This document shows positions 1-14,310 of a DNA stretch of 64,000 nucleotides, piece after piece; positions within the stretch are counted from its first letter, which is position 1, and each line of letters begins with the position of its first letter. This stretch comes from Ptychomitrium polyphyllum (taxonomy: Eukaryota), in assembly GCA_973851085.1 (NCBI GenBank), contig OZ316775.1:682001-746000 (forward strand). Reading direction: 5' to 3'. A program made the position numbers and the translations under genes. The notes below the pieces were generated by a model. It worked only from the letters and a program-made list of their open reading frames with translations. It did not search any database and had not been told where the DNA came from.

Positions 1-419
1 TAAGAAGCATGAAAACCCGCACATTCCAGCGTTCTCAAACTCTTCTTACATGTTATATTTTGCATACAACACCACTTGTGCATATAACGACAATTTCGTG
101 CAGAATAGTCGGATGTAAGACAGCAACCTCTTTATTGATGAGACGACATAATACTGTCTTTAAAATCGAGGGTGGTATCAACCTTTAAGAAATCAAACTA
201 ATCCTCATAAGCTCCTCATAAACTCTGAACCCGAAGGTTGAGCACCACATTCAGCTTCTGAGCTAGGATCGTTTCTTGACACCAATGCAGCAGCTCGCTT
301 CGACTTCTAGCTGGTCATTTGATGCGGCGATCCGTATGGATTCGCGACGAGTTATGGCTTCTCGTGGCTATGGGAAACAGAATGAGTGGTGACTATTTTC
401 TTGACTGCCTGAACATCAG

Positions 420-674
420 TTAGAGAAGAATTGTGCTCTTGTCGCGGAGAATGCTGCCATCTTCGTCGAAGCCTATGAAGTGGAAGTAAGAGTTCGCCAC
501 CATTACTTCTCAAAGTTTGAGGTCATTGTCAGTGGTGACTTGCTTCCATCCTTGCCGCCATTGTAGGTACTCACATCTCCAAATCAAACCTTCTATGTTC
601 TACCCTCATTCTCCAATGTGACCACCCTCTCGAGTCTCTCTGAAGTGCTCCTTCACGAAAGGTAACGGCACTAC
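420..674 (-). pseudogene. Degenerate B3 (REM/VRN1-like) domain exon, paralogous to the B3 exon at 3689-4171
   Basis: After a CAG acceptor the minus strand reads VVPLPFVKEHFRE/(frameshift)LERVVTLENEGRT*KV*FG...GWKQVTTDNDLKL*EVMVANSYFHFIGFDEDGSIL. This aligns by eye with CVPRSIVRDHYKELGRVVTLESG...WKVSF...WRNVTHGNNLRPGNVMIFVLVSHFLLRFHLLDEDGNIP. It contains three in-frame stops and frameshifts. Confidence 0.7.
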
Positions 675-2352
675 CTGATGACCCTATCCCAATCCAACCG
701 AGAAATCTCTTATGCCTTATCCTACAAGCTCTTGTATGGTTACAAAATTTTCAGACTGCGATTTTGTGAAGTGCTAAATATGTATCATATTAATCTACTG
801 CTTACTAAGCGGCATTTACGCTATGAAGGCCAGGGCGACCGTTTGCAGCGCCACTGTTGACGATTTTAACAAAGTGTGGCTGTTCAGAGCAGTTATGTTT
901 GACCCAGTTATGTAGCACTGAGACAGAGTCTAAATCACACTATGTAGCTGATGCAAAATAATTTTGTGAACAACAATACCGGCTCAGCAGATTTCTCACA
1001 GAATCCTATCCGAATCCTCTGGGATTACTACATTATTTATGAATAATCGGCCGCCGCCAAGTTTTCATTAGATTGTAGATGGTCCTGCAAGTTCTTAATG
1101 TGATCAAAGTGTGATGGCCATGATGGCATAATGTGTAGTTGCAGCCCTAAATTAAATTTATTGATAATGACCAGGATGTCTCTTCTGATGTTATAAGCGA
1201 CAATTACCTAGATGGTCCAAAGTTACGAGATGCGTCATTCCAGCTGATCAATGGTAGTGCTGTGTGAAACCAGCAATCAAGTACATGGGAGGCTGTGAAA
1301 TTTGGATGCTGACAGGAGTGGAAATCAGAATAAAACCTCTTACTGTGGTTAGCCAGTCATCTAGTCGAAAGCATTACGCATAACCAAATTGCGGTCCATG
1401 TTGCGTCTTCAGGGTACGATGAACATATTCAAGAGATTTGTCACGTAAATGGAACGCCTACTGCCTAGGCTTCTCTCTAACCAAATACAACCATTGCTAC
1501 CAGTGACATAATTAAGTTGTCAGCCTCATAATGCTAAACAGAGATCGAAATGGATGATTTCGAAGGTTGACACTGCACAGCAGTAACAACTATTAAGCGC
1601 GAACATCAAGGTCGTCAACATCAGCACCAGTAATTTTTTCGGTCACGACGATGATTCTCAAGCTTAGGAAATTATGATATGATGCTGGCAGGTTAGTGCA
1701 ACAGAGCGAATTACAACGGAGATTGGGCAGTCAGATGAACGAAACTAACATGTAATCCTAACCGTTTGGTCATTAGTATTGAAGGATCATATGTACCTCA
1801 AATTCGTGGTTACCACACTCCTTATACATGGATTCACATAATTCGCGAAGTAGCTGAAGACATCTGACACCCTAGGGATTAATCTTTCGATCAGTAGGTA
1901 GCTGAAGATAAGCGAGAACCGTTGAACAGAGAAAACGTTTCAGTCTGTAGCAGATGTTAGGGAGATAAGAGAGTAACCTGTTGAGTTGAATCAGATATTC
2001 TGCTTAGGCCTGTGAATTGTAGATTCTAGTGCTCCTTGCGATTATTATTCCTCTACTGCCTTCAAACATATGAATATCAAACAAGTTTGCATTTCTAATC
2101 AGAGAAATGAGGAGGAAAAAGAAAATCAGTAAAGAAAACAAGAATGCGTTGCAGTTCAAACGAGCAAGCAGTCCGAGCTATATATTTAGGTTTTTGGGAT
2201 AACCTGTTGCACCTGTCTCATGCTGCTGGACAAAGCTGGGTATTAAACTCGGGATTACCATTTGTAATAGTTCAAACCTCCTTTTAAAAAAACTCGAATT
2301 TGAATATGAGTTTTGTTGAAATTGTGAAAAGTTGAGCATGGACATACATACA

Positions 2353-4640
2353 TACAAGATGAAAGTCGATGAACACGTACGCTTTCGACATGACCACCAC
2401 AAAGTGGTACCTTGCAAGACCTGCTCTCACACAATCCTCCCTGGATCCTTGCTCATAGAGTGCAATGTTAATATTCGTACTGCTGCATTGTTTATCAGAG
2501 AACAGGCCGTGGCTCGGGCATTAACGTAGATTGCAGACAATCTTGCAAGTCCGGCAGTCCGGCAAGGTCCTTCACAGCCGTCAAACAAGATGATGTTCTA
2601 GTTTGACACGAAGAAATATGATAGCAAGGATCAAGCGTGAACACTAAGATCATCAACTTCAGCAGCGGGAGTCTATGGCCACAACAATTCATTCTCAAGT
2701 TAGAAATACGTGAAGTCGAGTTACGAAGTCCTATAGAACGAATTGCAATTGGAAGTTGGACACTCAGATGAACACAAAATGTAACTCCAATTGTCGGGTC
2801 ACACACAGATGAATCCTCGTTGCTACGGTTCATCCGGCTGTACATCTCCCATGCATTTCCGGTTGTCCAGTCCACAACACTCCATTGGGTCAATGATGTT
2901 GGAAACCCAGATTCCGACACCAACCGGGCTGGCAATGGCTAGAACAATACCACAACCAGAAAACCATTTGAGAGTCAAACACTACTGCATAAATGTCTGT
3001 GTACAAGCATTGGTGAATCTGTGAAAGATTGAGCATGGGTCTACATACCAGATGAAAATCGGTGTACACTTAGACGCTTGACATGACCACCACGAAGCGG
3101 AACCCTTCCAGCTTGCCAGCCCCGCCTCTGCCCGATCCCTGGCTCGTTTCCTTTCTGTGGGCGTCGCCATTCTCCTTTTTGACTCGACGAAGTAGGCAAG
3201 AGGGTTGATAAATACTTTTTGCGCTAGTAGGTTTGCATTTGCCTCCTGCGGTGGCGCCATTAGCACCTGATCAGAGGAGGTAGTATTTTGCTGAGATACC
3301 ATGCCACAGGTTGCCAAACACAACCCTTCTATCACACATTCTTTATCGGTTATCTCAATTTCAAGTTTCCAATTCCCTGGACCATCTTTAAAACCCACTT
3401 CACTGGACCTGGATGTTGACTTAGTGCAACATGCTACACTGATACTTTTCTTTGCGTGGATGTCGACAATGTTGGGAGCGATTTGAGGTGAATCAGACAA
3501 GGATTGACTTATTTTTGGAGCACTGATTTTCTCACGCACAGAACGCCTCTGGTTATGATATCTTCCCTGTCCTGGATTGTCATTTCCGAATCCAGCGACG
3601 ACATGATCCATACTCCGAACCCCCCTGGCGCTGTGGATTTCTCACATTGAGCTGGTTCTACAATCTGCTCTTTATAGTGGTCGTTGGATCACCAGGGAGC
3701 ATGAACCTTAGGCGATGCACTTCTCTGGAAAAGTCCGGGTTCGATTTTCAAAATTGCAAGGTCTGGATTGAATAGCCGGCGCAACTTCTTGTGCTTAAGC
3801 TCGTTCCCGGAATCGGTTAGGGCATACACCTGGTGGCTACGAAAGGCGTCCTTTGGCTCTGCCTTTACGTCTTTTACATAAGACATTCTTGCAGCATCTT
3901 TCAGTTTCGGCCGGTTGGTGCTAGGAATGTTGCCGTCCTCGTCTAAGAGGTGGAACCGGAGGAGGAAATGGCTAACAAGGACGAAGATCATGACATTTCC
4001 AGGTCTGAGGTTATTGCCATGCGTCACATTTCTCCATCTTTGCAGCCATGACGAATTTTTCTCTGCTGCACTGAATGACACCTTCCACTTCTCGTGAGAG
4101 ATTCCACTTTCCAGTGTGACCACCCTCCCGAGCTCTTTGTAGTGGTCTCTCACAATAGAACGAGGCACACACCGCCCGAGCAATCCCAAAACGAGCACAA
4201 TAATTCAGTGATGTAGATTAGTGCAACCGATCACATCAGAAAGGTAAAATCGTGCAAAAGATGGAAACAAACTAATGCAATCAGTACGGCATACAACTTT
4301 GACATATTGTGAGATGCTTAGATAATGGATGCATTTTGGAAGTGAAATCACACCCACTATCTGGAACACTCCTCTTCCCCCACTTCCACGCCAATCGTAA
4401 GCAGAAGCAGTCTTGCTGATGACTTTGATGAAGTATGGCTTGTGGGCAAAATATTGCCTCACCCACTGCAATACTTTGGAATCCACTCTCGAGGGATCGC
4501 AGGTGGCTCCTTTGTAAGCGATGGCCTCCAAGTCAAGCTCCCACAAGGTCTTCCACTCATCCGCATAGCTATAGTTCTTCTCTAAGTTCAGCATGGCGAT
4601 CGAATTTTTACAGTGAATTGCACCAAACGCCGCTGGCAAT
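2353..4640 (-). pseudogene. Multi-B3-domain (REM/VRN1-like) transcription factor gene, probably disabled
   Basis: B3 hallmarks: KPYFIKVISKT, then an intron, then VP..IVRDH...VTLES...WKVSF...W..V..NNLRPGNVMIFVLV. A VRN1/REM-like linker ERKRARDRAEA is followed by two more B3 starts ending at GTATGT donors (FRFVVVMSSV*VYTDFHL ~3050-3100; YHFVVVMSKAYVFIDFHL ~2355-2410). Lesions: the expected acceptor reads CGG at 4172-4174, a stop at 3689 with frame change into the 2982-3611 ORF, and a frameshift plus stop near 3070-3120. The 5' end is not resolved. Confidence 0.65.
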
Positions 4641-7600
4641 GAATAATAAAAGAAAGCAGCTACTTCACATGCAGCAGCCTAAATAAGAATGAGAGGAGGC
4701 CTCTGTGGCGACTCGGTAATCCTATGCAGTAGACAAGCAGTTGTGCTCATCGATTTTCCACGTCTCTACTTTGCCATAGAACCTACCCCTGTAAGCATAC
4801 AAAATGAAGTGTGTACTTTCTGTCAACAGCTAACCATGTCTTCAAAGCTGCAGCGGATCCACATGACATACAGTTTGAGAATTCTCGAGATGAATGGCTC
4901 TACACTGCAAGTGGGCAGTGAAAGTTAGAACCATTTTGGTGTGAATTCTTTCTTTGCCTTTGAGTTGGCTTTGCGTGATATGCCAGGGTGAGTATTATCT
5001 CCGTGTATTTGTATTACAGCACGGAGATAATCAACTACATGTCAGCGTGAAGCTTTTGGCAATCATCTCTTCTTTTGGTGGCGAATCACAGGAAAGAAAC
5101 CTTTTCCCATATTTCAGAAGCAGAGAAGTAGAATGATTGGAAAGAGAGTGGAGTCACTTGGCAAGTTTGTATGAAATTTTAGGGAATTGTTAGGGTAAAT
5201 AATTCTTGGCTCCCCCTATCAGGAGTAGATTACTTTCGATGCCTCTTTGAGGGATATGTGGTCTCATATGGGTAATCCTTTGAATCAGTGGAATGGAATC
5301 CTCATGCGTTTAATGTTCCTTACCTTAATTGGGACGCTGGGAAGCAAGATTCTTGAATAGTGGAACTCATTTGTATTATCTCCGTGCTGAAAGTTTGTTT
5401 TCCCAGCCTGTATTCGATTGTTGCTGCAACGTGGCTTAGCCAGGGTCCAAAAAAGAGTTAACATTGTTTAAGAGCTTGGTGCATCCTAAACCCCAAGAAG
5501 CCAATCTTATACTTTTTCACAATTTTATTCATCCACATAAATATCATGGAGTTTCCTTTCACGCATTATGCATTCTGTTGGACAAGTTTTTTAAGAATAT
5601 ATAATAAATTAAGATGAAACCTGTGAATTTTCTCTTTAGCTTCAATGATCTCAATGTACATTTGAAATTTTGGCCAAAATTGGATTTTCAGCGAGTCCAA
5701 GTTGGGGCTTTAGTCCAAAAGACCAAGCTTTTTTCTAATTTAAAAACACCATACTTTTTTAAGTAATGGAAGTTTGAATAGAAGTGAAATATGAAAATTT
5801 CAATTGTTTAGATTTGTTGTAGATTAAATATGCAATTTTGAAGTTTTATAAATTGAAAGATCATAATGTTGTAATACCAAAAACAGTTTCAAAACTTGAC
5901 TTGTAGAACATTTAAGTTAAAACGTTAGCTCTAAAATCTATTTGAAAGTTATATTCTTTTTGCAAGAACCTTATTTAACTAAAGATTGAAGGAATTTGTG
6001 CACCAACTCAACCAAAGTACGCTCATGCATTCAAGTATCCATTGCCACATACCCTCACCATTATTTATCACCAATTTTTTACTGTCCAAAAGAAGGATGA
6101 ATTGCTTCAATTGCTAAAGTTAATAATTTTATGCACACAAATGATAACAACTAAATTCCATATTCATTACTTCAAAAAAAAACTTTAATCATTAAAAATT
6201 AAGTTAGGTAATTTAATGAACTTGCTACATGAAAAAAAATCCTACAAAAAGACATTTCTTATTAGTTTACAAAAGTAAGTAGTTATGGAATGACAAGAAA
6301 TCAAAAGAGTGGCAAGAATGATATGAATTGACTTTTCAATTCTTAAATTTGCATTAGGTTTTACACTGAAATATATATAGCAATAAAATTAAGTAATATG
6401 GCTTGAAAAATCAATTCAATATTATTAAACATTATATTAAAATTTATAATAAATGTGCAATTATTTTCTATTTATACAAGTCTCTACTATATCATTTAAA
6501 ATAAAACACTTTATATTGAAAATATACAAAACTTTACAATATACAAATTATTAATACAAATGCTTGACGTAAAAAATTTATTTCACATAAATCTTTTTGT
6601 AAAATAAATCTCCTTCACTTTGTATTTGTAATCTTTTAGAATGTATTTTCTTTACAAATAATAGTTTCCGGCATTCTATTACATAAGTATTAAATCACCT
6701 TAATTTAGAAGAAGGATTGAAAACCTTTAGGCATCTAAGATGAAATAAAGGTTGATTTGGAAGAACTTAGTTAATATTAAATGGATTCAAAGTTTGAGGT
6801 CCAATTACACCTTGATAATATAACAACAAAGGTTGTTTTATCAAACAATCATACCGTTAAATTGGTCCTTCTTTGATCAAACAAATAGATGGACAAGTAA
6901 GTATAAAAAAAAACTTATTGAATTTTTTAATTTATATTTTATCTTGAGTTACTTGCCTTTTGTGACATTGGAAAAAGAAATTCCATATAGATGTTTACAA
7001 TGTATTTTAAAAAACGATATTTACAATTTTGAAATGCATACATGGAACGCTAATGATGAGGTGTAGGTGGCAATGGCCAAAGGAGGGGGGAAGAAGTTAT
7101 TACAGATAGAATAACAAAAAACAAGGCTGCAGAATTCTAATATATGGACAAAAGTATGTCCAAGGTATATTAGAAGCAAAGGGCTATATTAAAGTATAAA
7201 GATAGGATTAAGAGTTTTGAATTAGACCACAAAAGATATATTGCCAAGATTAAAGATCTCATTGGCCTCAACTCCTATATATATTATAATTATAAACCTT
7301 GAAAATTTCTAATATAAAGCTTTGTACTCAAGCAATTTTGGATTGCTTCAATTACAGCTTTGTTAATCAAGGTAACTTCTTTAAAGGCTTCCTTGGCTTT
7401 TTTAAACTTTCTAAAAACCTTTCTAATACGTATGTTTGTGATATTATTTTCCCTTCTAATTCCAAAGTTTCCAAGGTGCATGTTGCAACAAGTGCTAAAA
7501 GTTGTAGGAAATTAAAAATTTGTTGCATAGAGTCTATAACGTATTCCAATTGCCTTTTATAATTCAAATGATTCATGGATCTTTGTAACCATTAGTAATA

Positions 7601-9552
7601 TAAAATGCCTTCTACTTGAGACCAAGCATCCACTTCCGTATCTTTGTTGTAAAAATATCCTTCAAACATCACTTTTGAATAACCTTCATTGGCAAGCTTG
7701 AGTTCAAAAACAATTACCAAAGACCTATTAGTAAATATCCTTCAACGTCTTCTTAATTCCACTGTTTTTTGTTTTGAGGTTGTCGACGCAAGCTACTTGG
7801 TTGGATTGACACCACTAACATAGTGTTTACACTTTGACTATCTAAATCTAATATATCATACTACTCTCAAAGAAATATGATATGCTCAAATTATAAAAGA
7901 CTAGATTCTCTGTCATATATATATTTTTAGAAATTTATGTTCTAGAAAATACTTTTTCTCCTACTTAAATGCCCAAGAATTGAAAGTCTTTAAAGTTAAG
8001 CAACATAATCCAACTATTATTTTTTGTAGTGTTATTTTTATTTTGAATGAATGTTGTTGATGGAACTCACAAATGTTTATTAGTGAATTGGCAAGACTAT
8101 TATTTGGCTCCTATGTGCGTTCACTGATGTCATTAATATACCAATGGACCAAGTATTTCAACTTTCTGTGTTTTATTTATAAATCAAGCAATTCGTCCAC
8201 TTCAAATCATGGTGATTGTTGATATCAATTACAAGTATTGGTAGCTACTTTTGTCTAGGGATAGTTGGTTCCTTATAGATTTCTAAAAAAAAATGTAGAA
8301 GACTAGATATACCTTCATTAATATTAATAGTTCTAAAAAAATGCCACGTGGTTGACTTGTTTTTGAATTGCAAATTGTGTCAACCTGCAATAATTCAACT
8401 TCTCACATGGCCTATTGGTCTTTATATTGCATAAAAAGAGCCACACTTTCTCACTAAATTGAAATGGAAATTTCTTTTTTTTTCATTATACCTGCTGTTG
8501 CTTTGTATCATTTTCAAGTTTCTTCTATTAATTGAGTTTTCATGGTTGTTTGAAACTCTATTATTATTATGGAGAATCCCTCTGCTATTAGGTTTTTAGA
8601 TTGTGGAGGCTATAACAAATCCATCTTTGGATGATGTTTATAATTGGAGTGAAATGACATTTGTTGGATGGAAGTGTGAGCGGTGTTGTTATAAGCAAAC
8701 TCAGCCAATGCCAAGTAGAAAGCTCAATCACCTTGTTGATAATTAATGATACACCTTAGATATTGCTCCAAAATTTGCTTGACTTGCTTTGTGTGGCCAT
8801 CTATTTAAAGATGGAAGGTAAAAGAAAGTTTAATCTCCACTTTAATTATCTCAAAGGATAACTTTCAAAACCTTGATATGAATTGTATCCCTTAATCTAA
8901 TATGATATTGTTAGGCAGTCCATGGTAGTGGTAGACATTATCCATAGAAAGTACAATAATTGTCTATTTTAAACGTCTATTTTAAAATGATGCAACCCAA
9001 GACAATGCTTGTCCTGAGAACAATGTTCTAACCAAACCAACACGTGAAGCATTTGTAAGATGTTATTGAGGTTGGAGCAAACTAACAAATTGAACTTGGT
9101 TTACAAAGCCTCAAAATTTTGAATGCATATTGTCAAATTTTTCTAGAATGTTGATTCTTGGTTCTTTTACTGTCAACATTGAATTGCCGGCTTGAATTTA
9201 TATGTCTTTTATTAAATCAGGTGTAGGTGATGAAGTACCTATAATAACTTGGGATAGCAACTAGAATGTTTCCGCTCCTTGGCCATTATGAATAGTTGAA
9301 TAAGGTTTTTCATTTTGTTTAATAAACTCTTGGTCTTGATCTTTAATGCTTCATAGACAATCTTGGATCAAGGAAAATATATCCAAGATATAATAGAAGC
9401 ATATGGCTATAATAATCTACAAAGATAGGACTACAAAATTTGAGCTAAATCACAAGAGATGCGTTGTCCAAATTGAATAATTCTTATATCTTTTAAAATC
9501 CTTTCTAGATGCTTTAATATGTGTTGCAATCCTTGCAATATACTTTAACAAA

Positions 9553-10449
9553 TGTCACGCACATCAATCTTGTACACCTCTATATGCACATGATTAACTG
9601 CCATTTCATTCTCCAAGCCTCAAACTTGGATTCCAATTTTTCTTGCTGATTTATCTTAAGACACTCAATTGGTTGGTAGCTAATAATAAGATGCGGACTT
9701 CCAGTCATCTCCAACACCTCACTTGATATTACTCCCATCCTACACGGCCTAACCGCACTTATTGGTATTTCCTCACCACCACTCATGATTTTCATGTGAT
9801 CCTATGATCATCCCATGCTACCATAGTGCTAGCATGAAGACACCACTTATTACAAATACAAAAAACAAGAAGCAGAAACGAAGTGTTTTCCAAAAATTAG
9901 CTTCCAAAGACCTAACGATTAACAAGAACTTGATACAAAGATTTGAACAAGGTAGGATACAAGATGATCCACGACTTGTGTTGGCAAGACTAAAGAATAC
10001 CTTGTCGTGCTTCTTATTTATACTATGACGCTTGTATCTCGTAGGATACTTCTAAAGAAGTTTCTTACAAGGCTTAAGAATGTTCTAGAAATCTAGGGAA
10101 CCTTTCCAAGAAGTTTCCCAAGATGTTGAAACCTTCCTAAGAAGATTCAAAGGAGTTGGAATCTTCCATGGAATTTTTTAAGATGTTGGAACATTCCTTG
10201 GAGGTTTCCCAAAGTAGTGGAACCTTCTTAGGAAGTTTTCTAAAGAGATAGAATATTCCTAAGAAATTTCTAGAGGTTGTGGAATTTTCCAATGAAGTCT
10301 CCTAAGATGGAGGACCTTTCCTAGGAAGCTTCTTAAGAACATAGAAAAGCTATGGAAACTTTTGAAAGTATTTTAAGAAGCTACTATAATATGCCAAAAG
10401 ATTTTAGATATGTTCTAAGGACTATGTTGCATGATCTATGTCCGTGACA
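9553..10449 (-). mobile_element. LTR-like remnant (probable Ty3/Gypsy-type long terminal repeat, ~0.9 kb)
   Basis: The ends are TGTCACG...CGTGACA with a ~25-nt imperfect terminal inverted match (TGTCACGCACATCAATCTTGTA versus TGTCACGGACATAGATCATGCA). On the minus strand a purine-rich TTGGGATGG precedes the TG, followed by a tandem-repeat block and TATAAATA at 10015-10022. No target-site duplication and no gag/pol were seen. Confidence 0.5.
10097..10343. repeat. About 8 degenerate copies of a 30-31 bp unit (consensus near GGAACCTTCCTAAGAAGTTTCCCAAGATGTT)
   Basis: Units read directly, e.g. ggaacctttccaagaagtttcccaagatgtt, gaaaccttcctaagaagattcaaaggagtt, ggaacattccttggaggtttcccaaagtagt, ggaaccttcttaggaagttttctaaagagat. 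Confidence 0.8.
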
Positions 10450-13400
10450 CCATCCCAATAGAGTGACAACTTGCATACCCTTGAAAACTCACTAGTTTTC
10501 TTTGTAAAACCAGCCACCCACCAGCTCACAATGGTATGGAAGTCTTTGTGGTAAAAACCCAACACTAGCTCCACCCACCAGAATTCACCTTTGATTGTTA
10601 TTAAGACACTATGGAAGTAGAAAAAGGACCAGCCTTTTCTATAGTACTTTCTATGGGATTTGGTAGGCCCTTGGTCCTTTGTAGCTAGCCAAACCTTGAT
10701 ATATCCAAAACTTTGGAAGACCACTTAATTTCCCTTGGAATTTAGCCGCTAGAAGCCTTCAGAACTTCCTGCGGACCTTTAGGGGTGCCATATCTTCTAC
10801 ATTCAGGCTCCAAATTTATCAAGCAATCACTCTATTGTCATTCATTTTTTGCGTAGATTCCAATAAACTTCTCAAACGTCCAATTTGAGTTAGTATTCTG
10901 GAAGATATGCCTCTTCCAAGGTTCAATACTTTTGGAGAGTCTATCCCTACATTGTTCTAGTCTAGCACAATCTCAGTCCAGAATAGCCCTAACTTTGGGA
11001 TTCTATATCTTTTAGCTCTTTTATTAGATTTGAGCAATTTTTAACATTCTAAAATCAATTTGTTGTAAAACATCCAATGCCTCTGATTTCTCTCTCGTGG
11101 CTCTTAGTCTTTGTGGGCAAAGATGTTCCTCTCCTTCGGAATCCTTTCCCACACTAGGCCTACTTAGGCCACCTCATTATTGGCGCCACAAATCTCGGAT
11201 GTCATTTCAGGGTCCTCCTTGTGTCTTTAGTATTGCGGATACTTTTCAAAGAAAGGTGTGTTACAATATGTGTGTCTATGATAGAAGCTTGTTCTAAAAA
11301 AAAAACGTTGGCCAACTTAGGAAGAATACAAGTAGTAGTAGAGAAGTGCAAGAAAAAAAAAGTGCGCAACAAGAAAATGACATCAAAAAATTAATTTTGT
11401 TGAAGATTAAATTGTAGTTTATTATCAAATTGCAATTGTAATTAAAAGAACATGAGGCTTATTAAATGTCTTTGTGGATGGACAAACTAATAGACAACCA
11501 TAACAAAGGCTTATCATTGGTTCATCAAACATATTTTAAAATACATTTTTGTTTGTTTTTATAACAAAATTGAATTCAAAATGTATTTCCAAAACTTTGG
11601 TTTTTAATGAAAACTAATTGAACAATTCTAGTAACATGTTAGAATTTTATTTAAGTGAAAATTACACCACATTAATCAAGATTAAAAGTATAATGCTTAG
11701 AAGTTTATAAAATAGAACAAGGAATATAAAATGTAGAATACTATGTAGAAAAAATTGTAAATTTTTTTTTCTTATAAAGGGCCATGGCCTTTTAACATTA
11801 ATAAGCTATTTTCTACAGAAATAGCTACAATTACTCTTCATCAATTTTAGACAAAAAATCCATTCATTTTCCTAGATTCTAGAAATTTTGCCCTAGGATT
11901 TGTCCACAAATATGTTAATATTCTATAGTTTTTTATTGATTTATTTTTCTCATAATATCTATTGTAATTATCTTTAGTAATTAGAATTCTCATCTTAAAG
12001 ATTTAAAGTGATATGAAGCTATCATAAGTATCAATTCTAATTTTGCTCCATTTTATTCTTGTTTTGATTATAGATAATCAATCTATTAATAAATATATTT
12101 AATTTCTTTAGATTCTATTTTGTAATAATCCATGATTTAAAGTAAAATGTCTATGAAGTTACATATTAAAGTTTCAGAACATATTAAAATATTCTCTAGG
12201 TTTATATGATTTCATTAATCTTATATTAGATTTTTATTTTTTTAACTTTTATAATATGATTCCACATATATAAATGTAGTAAAAAATAACCATAAAATAA
12301 AGTAGCTTGTTGATACAAAATAACACAATAAGACCATGCTTTGGCAACACCATATTATTTTTTATTTCAACTTCTATCTTCTATCATTAATTTGAATTCT
12401 TGAAAGATTTTGTTGAATTAATATGGATACATGAGACACCAAATTTAGTAAATTGCTATTATTTCTTTTTCATTTTGATTAAACCAAATTATGAATTTCC
12501 TTATTTTTTGTTAGAAATGATTTTAATATCCATGTGACATTTATAAAAAGTGTCACATTTGTGAATTTTGTGAATTCCTTGGAACTCTTAACATTGAATA
12601 TTATTTGCTTCATCCATGTAGACATACTATGGATTAGAGATTGCACAAAGAAGTAGCACATCCACAGTGAATCTACATTTGCATTCTCTCAACTTCATTG
12701 TCCATTTCCTGAATGGAGAGTGGAGGTTTATGGTGGATGTGTCCCTCAATGGAGACCTCATCCTTATGCAATGTCCTACTTGAGAGAATGGCAACTCATG
12801 GTAATGTTCACATGGGATGAAGTAAACAACATTCTAACATGTTGAATCCCACAAAAACTCACAGATGTAGCACCCTCTATCGCTACCACATAACGTCCGA
12901 ACCCCATCCCCACCATGTCAGGAAAATTCCAGCTTCTATCAAAGAAAACATAGATACATCTCTGCTCGATGTAGACGGTGCATTGATTCGAACTGTTGTG
13001 GGGACTGACCGGACATGCTCCGACGTGATCCATGCTCAGGTGGATATTATTGTTAAATGGACAACACTCAACCTGTCCAGGTTTTCACTGACTCCGAGCA
13101 ACAGAACTTCACGAGAAGAAGAGACCGAAACTCGACGTTGACGGTATTACAAATTTACAGTATTCTAGTAGCAACACTACTAATTCAGGCCACACTGAAT
13201 TGCAGTGAATGTGAATCCAACACTTAGACGCTCAGCGCCTTCGGCTAAAAGCCTCATGTATAGCGTGTCCATGCTTGCTGTCCCCGAAAGTAAAGATGGC
13301 CCTACCCTCGCAGACGCCGCCAACTCCTAGTACTGTACTTGAACATCGCTGGGAAATCAGTGATCTACTAGTCTCCCCAGATTTGGTGCACGCATATACA

Positions 13401-14310
13401 TTCGAAAGTCCATACTCCAGTCTGTTAGTTGCATGTCGTCAAGGATCTGGCATTACATCCGCAGCTCCCCGCCCTCTCGCAGCAGTAGCAAGGGCGAGAC
13501 TTGCGAAGTTCGTGCACGACAATATCCCATGGAGTTCCGAGTCAGGTGTGCACAGTGAACAGTGTTATGGTTATTTGGTTTTTGGTATTTGAAAGTAGTG
13601 GAGTTCGGTTGTCCAAGTTTCCAACTTTACTGCAGTCTTGCAGTACTAGAGTGTAGTAGTCAAGAAGTTTGAGGTTTTGTGAGAAATTGAACGGTTTTGG
13701 TGCACATCATGGTGGTAGGGAGGCGCGCGAGCTGATTCCATGGCGTCGACGCTAATTTTTGCCAACTTTAGCTCTCATCTCCTTGTCATTGCCGCAGTAC
13801 TATATAAGTTAGGAATTTGAACAAAGGCTGAATTTTATATACTTTCCATCCGAAACGTATGGTGTTGCAAAAGTCCAAGTGTGTATTTGCGGGTGCTAGC
13901 TACTTTCCTTTCCTTCAGGAGTGAACAGAGAAGTTGCACAAGCTGGCGCGGCGACGTGATCCATGAAATGCAAGTGTGAGCTATGGCGGTATTGTCGCTT
14001 TCCTGAGTACGACGTAGGGTTTCCAGAACAGAGCAACGCAACGCTGCAAGATCCGTAGTAGAGTTCGAAAGGAGAATCTAAGGAGTGCTGCAAGATACGT
14101 GATTGAGGGGGGAAAGGAATGTGAGGGATGGGGAATTAATACTGCAAGAGGATGCGTGCCGGGAAAAATTTAAGTGCGACTGGATTTTATGGTGGCCGGT
14201 GTGGGATGAGTCGGTGCCTTTTTCGGGAGCAATTCAGTGTTGCCATGAGGGGCCTGAATTTGTCTTGCAAGGGCGCTCGAACGCGCAGCTGAGAGAACAA
14301 GGGAGTCACG

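Noticed and set aside
5500..9500. Transposase remnants in the AT-rich spacer (also 40400-42200 and 61200-63300)
   Set aside because: Probably old TE debris, but no diagnostic motif or terminus is readable without a search.
10097..10343. CRISPR-like 31-bp repeats
   Set aside because: Degenerate head-to-tail repeats without spacers, inside an LTR-like element.
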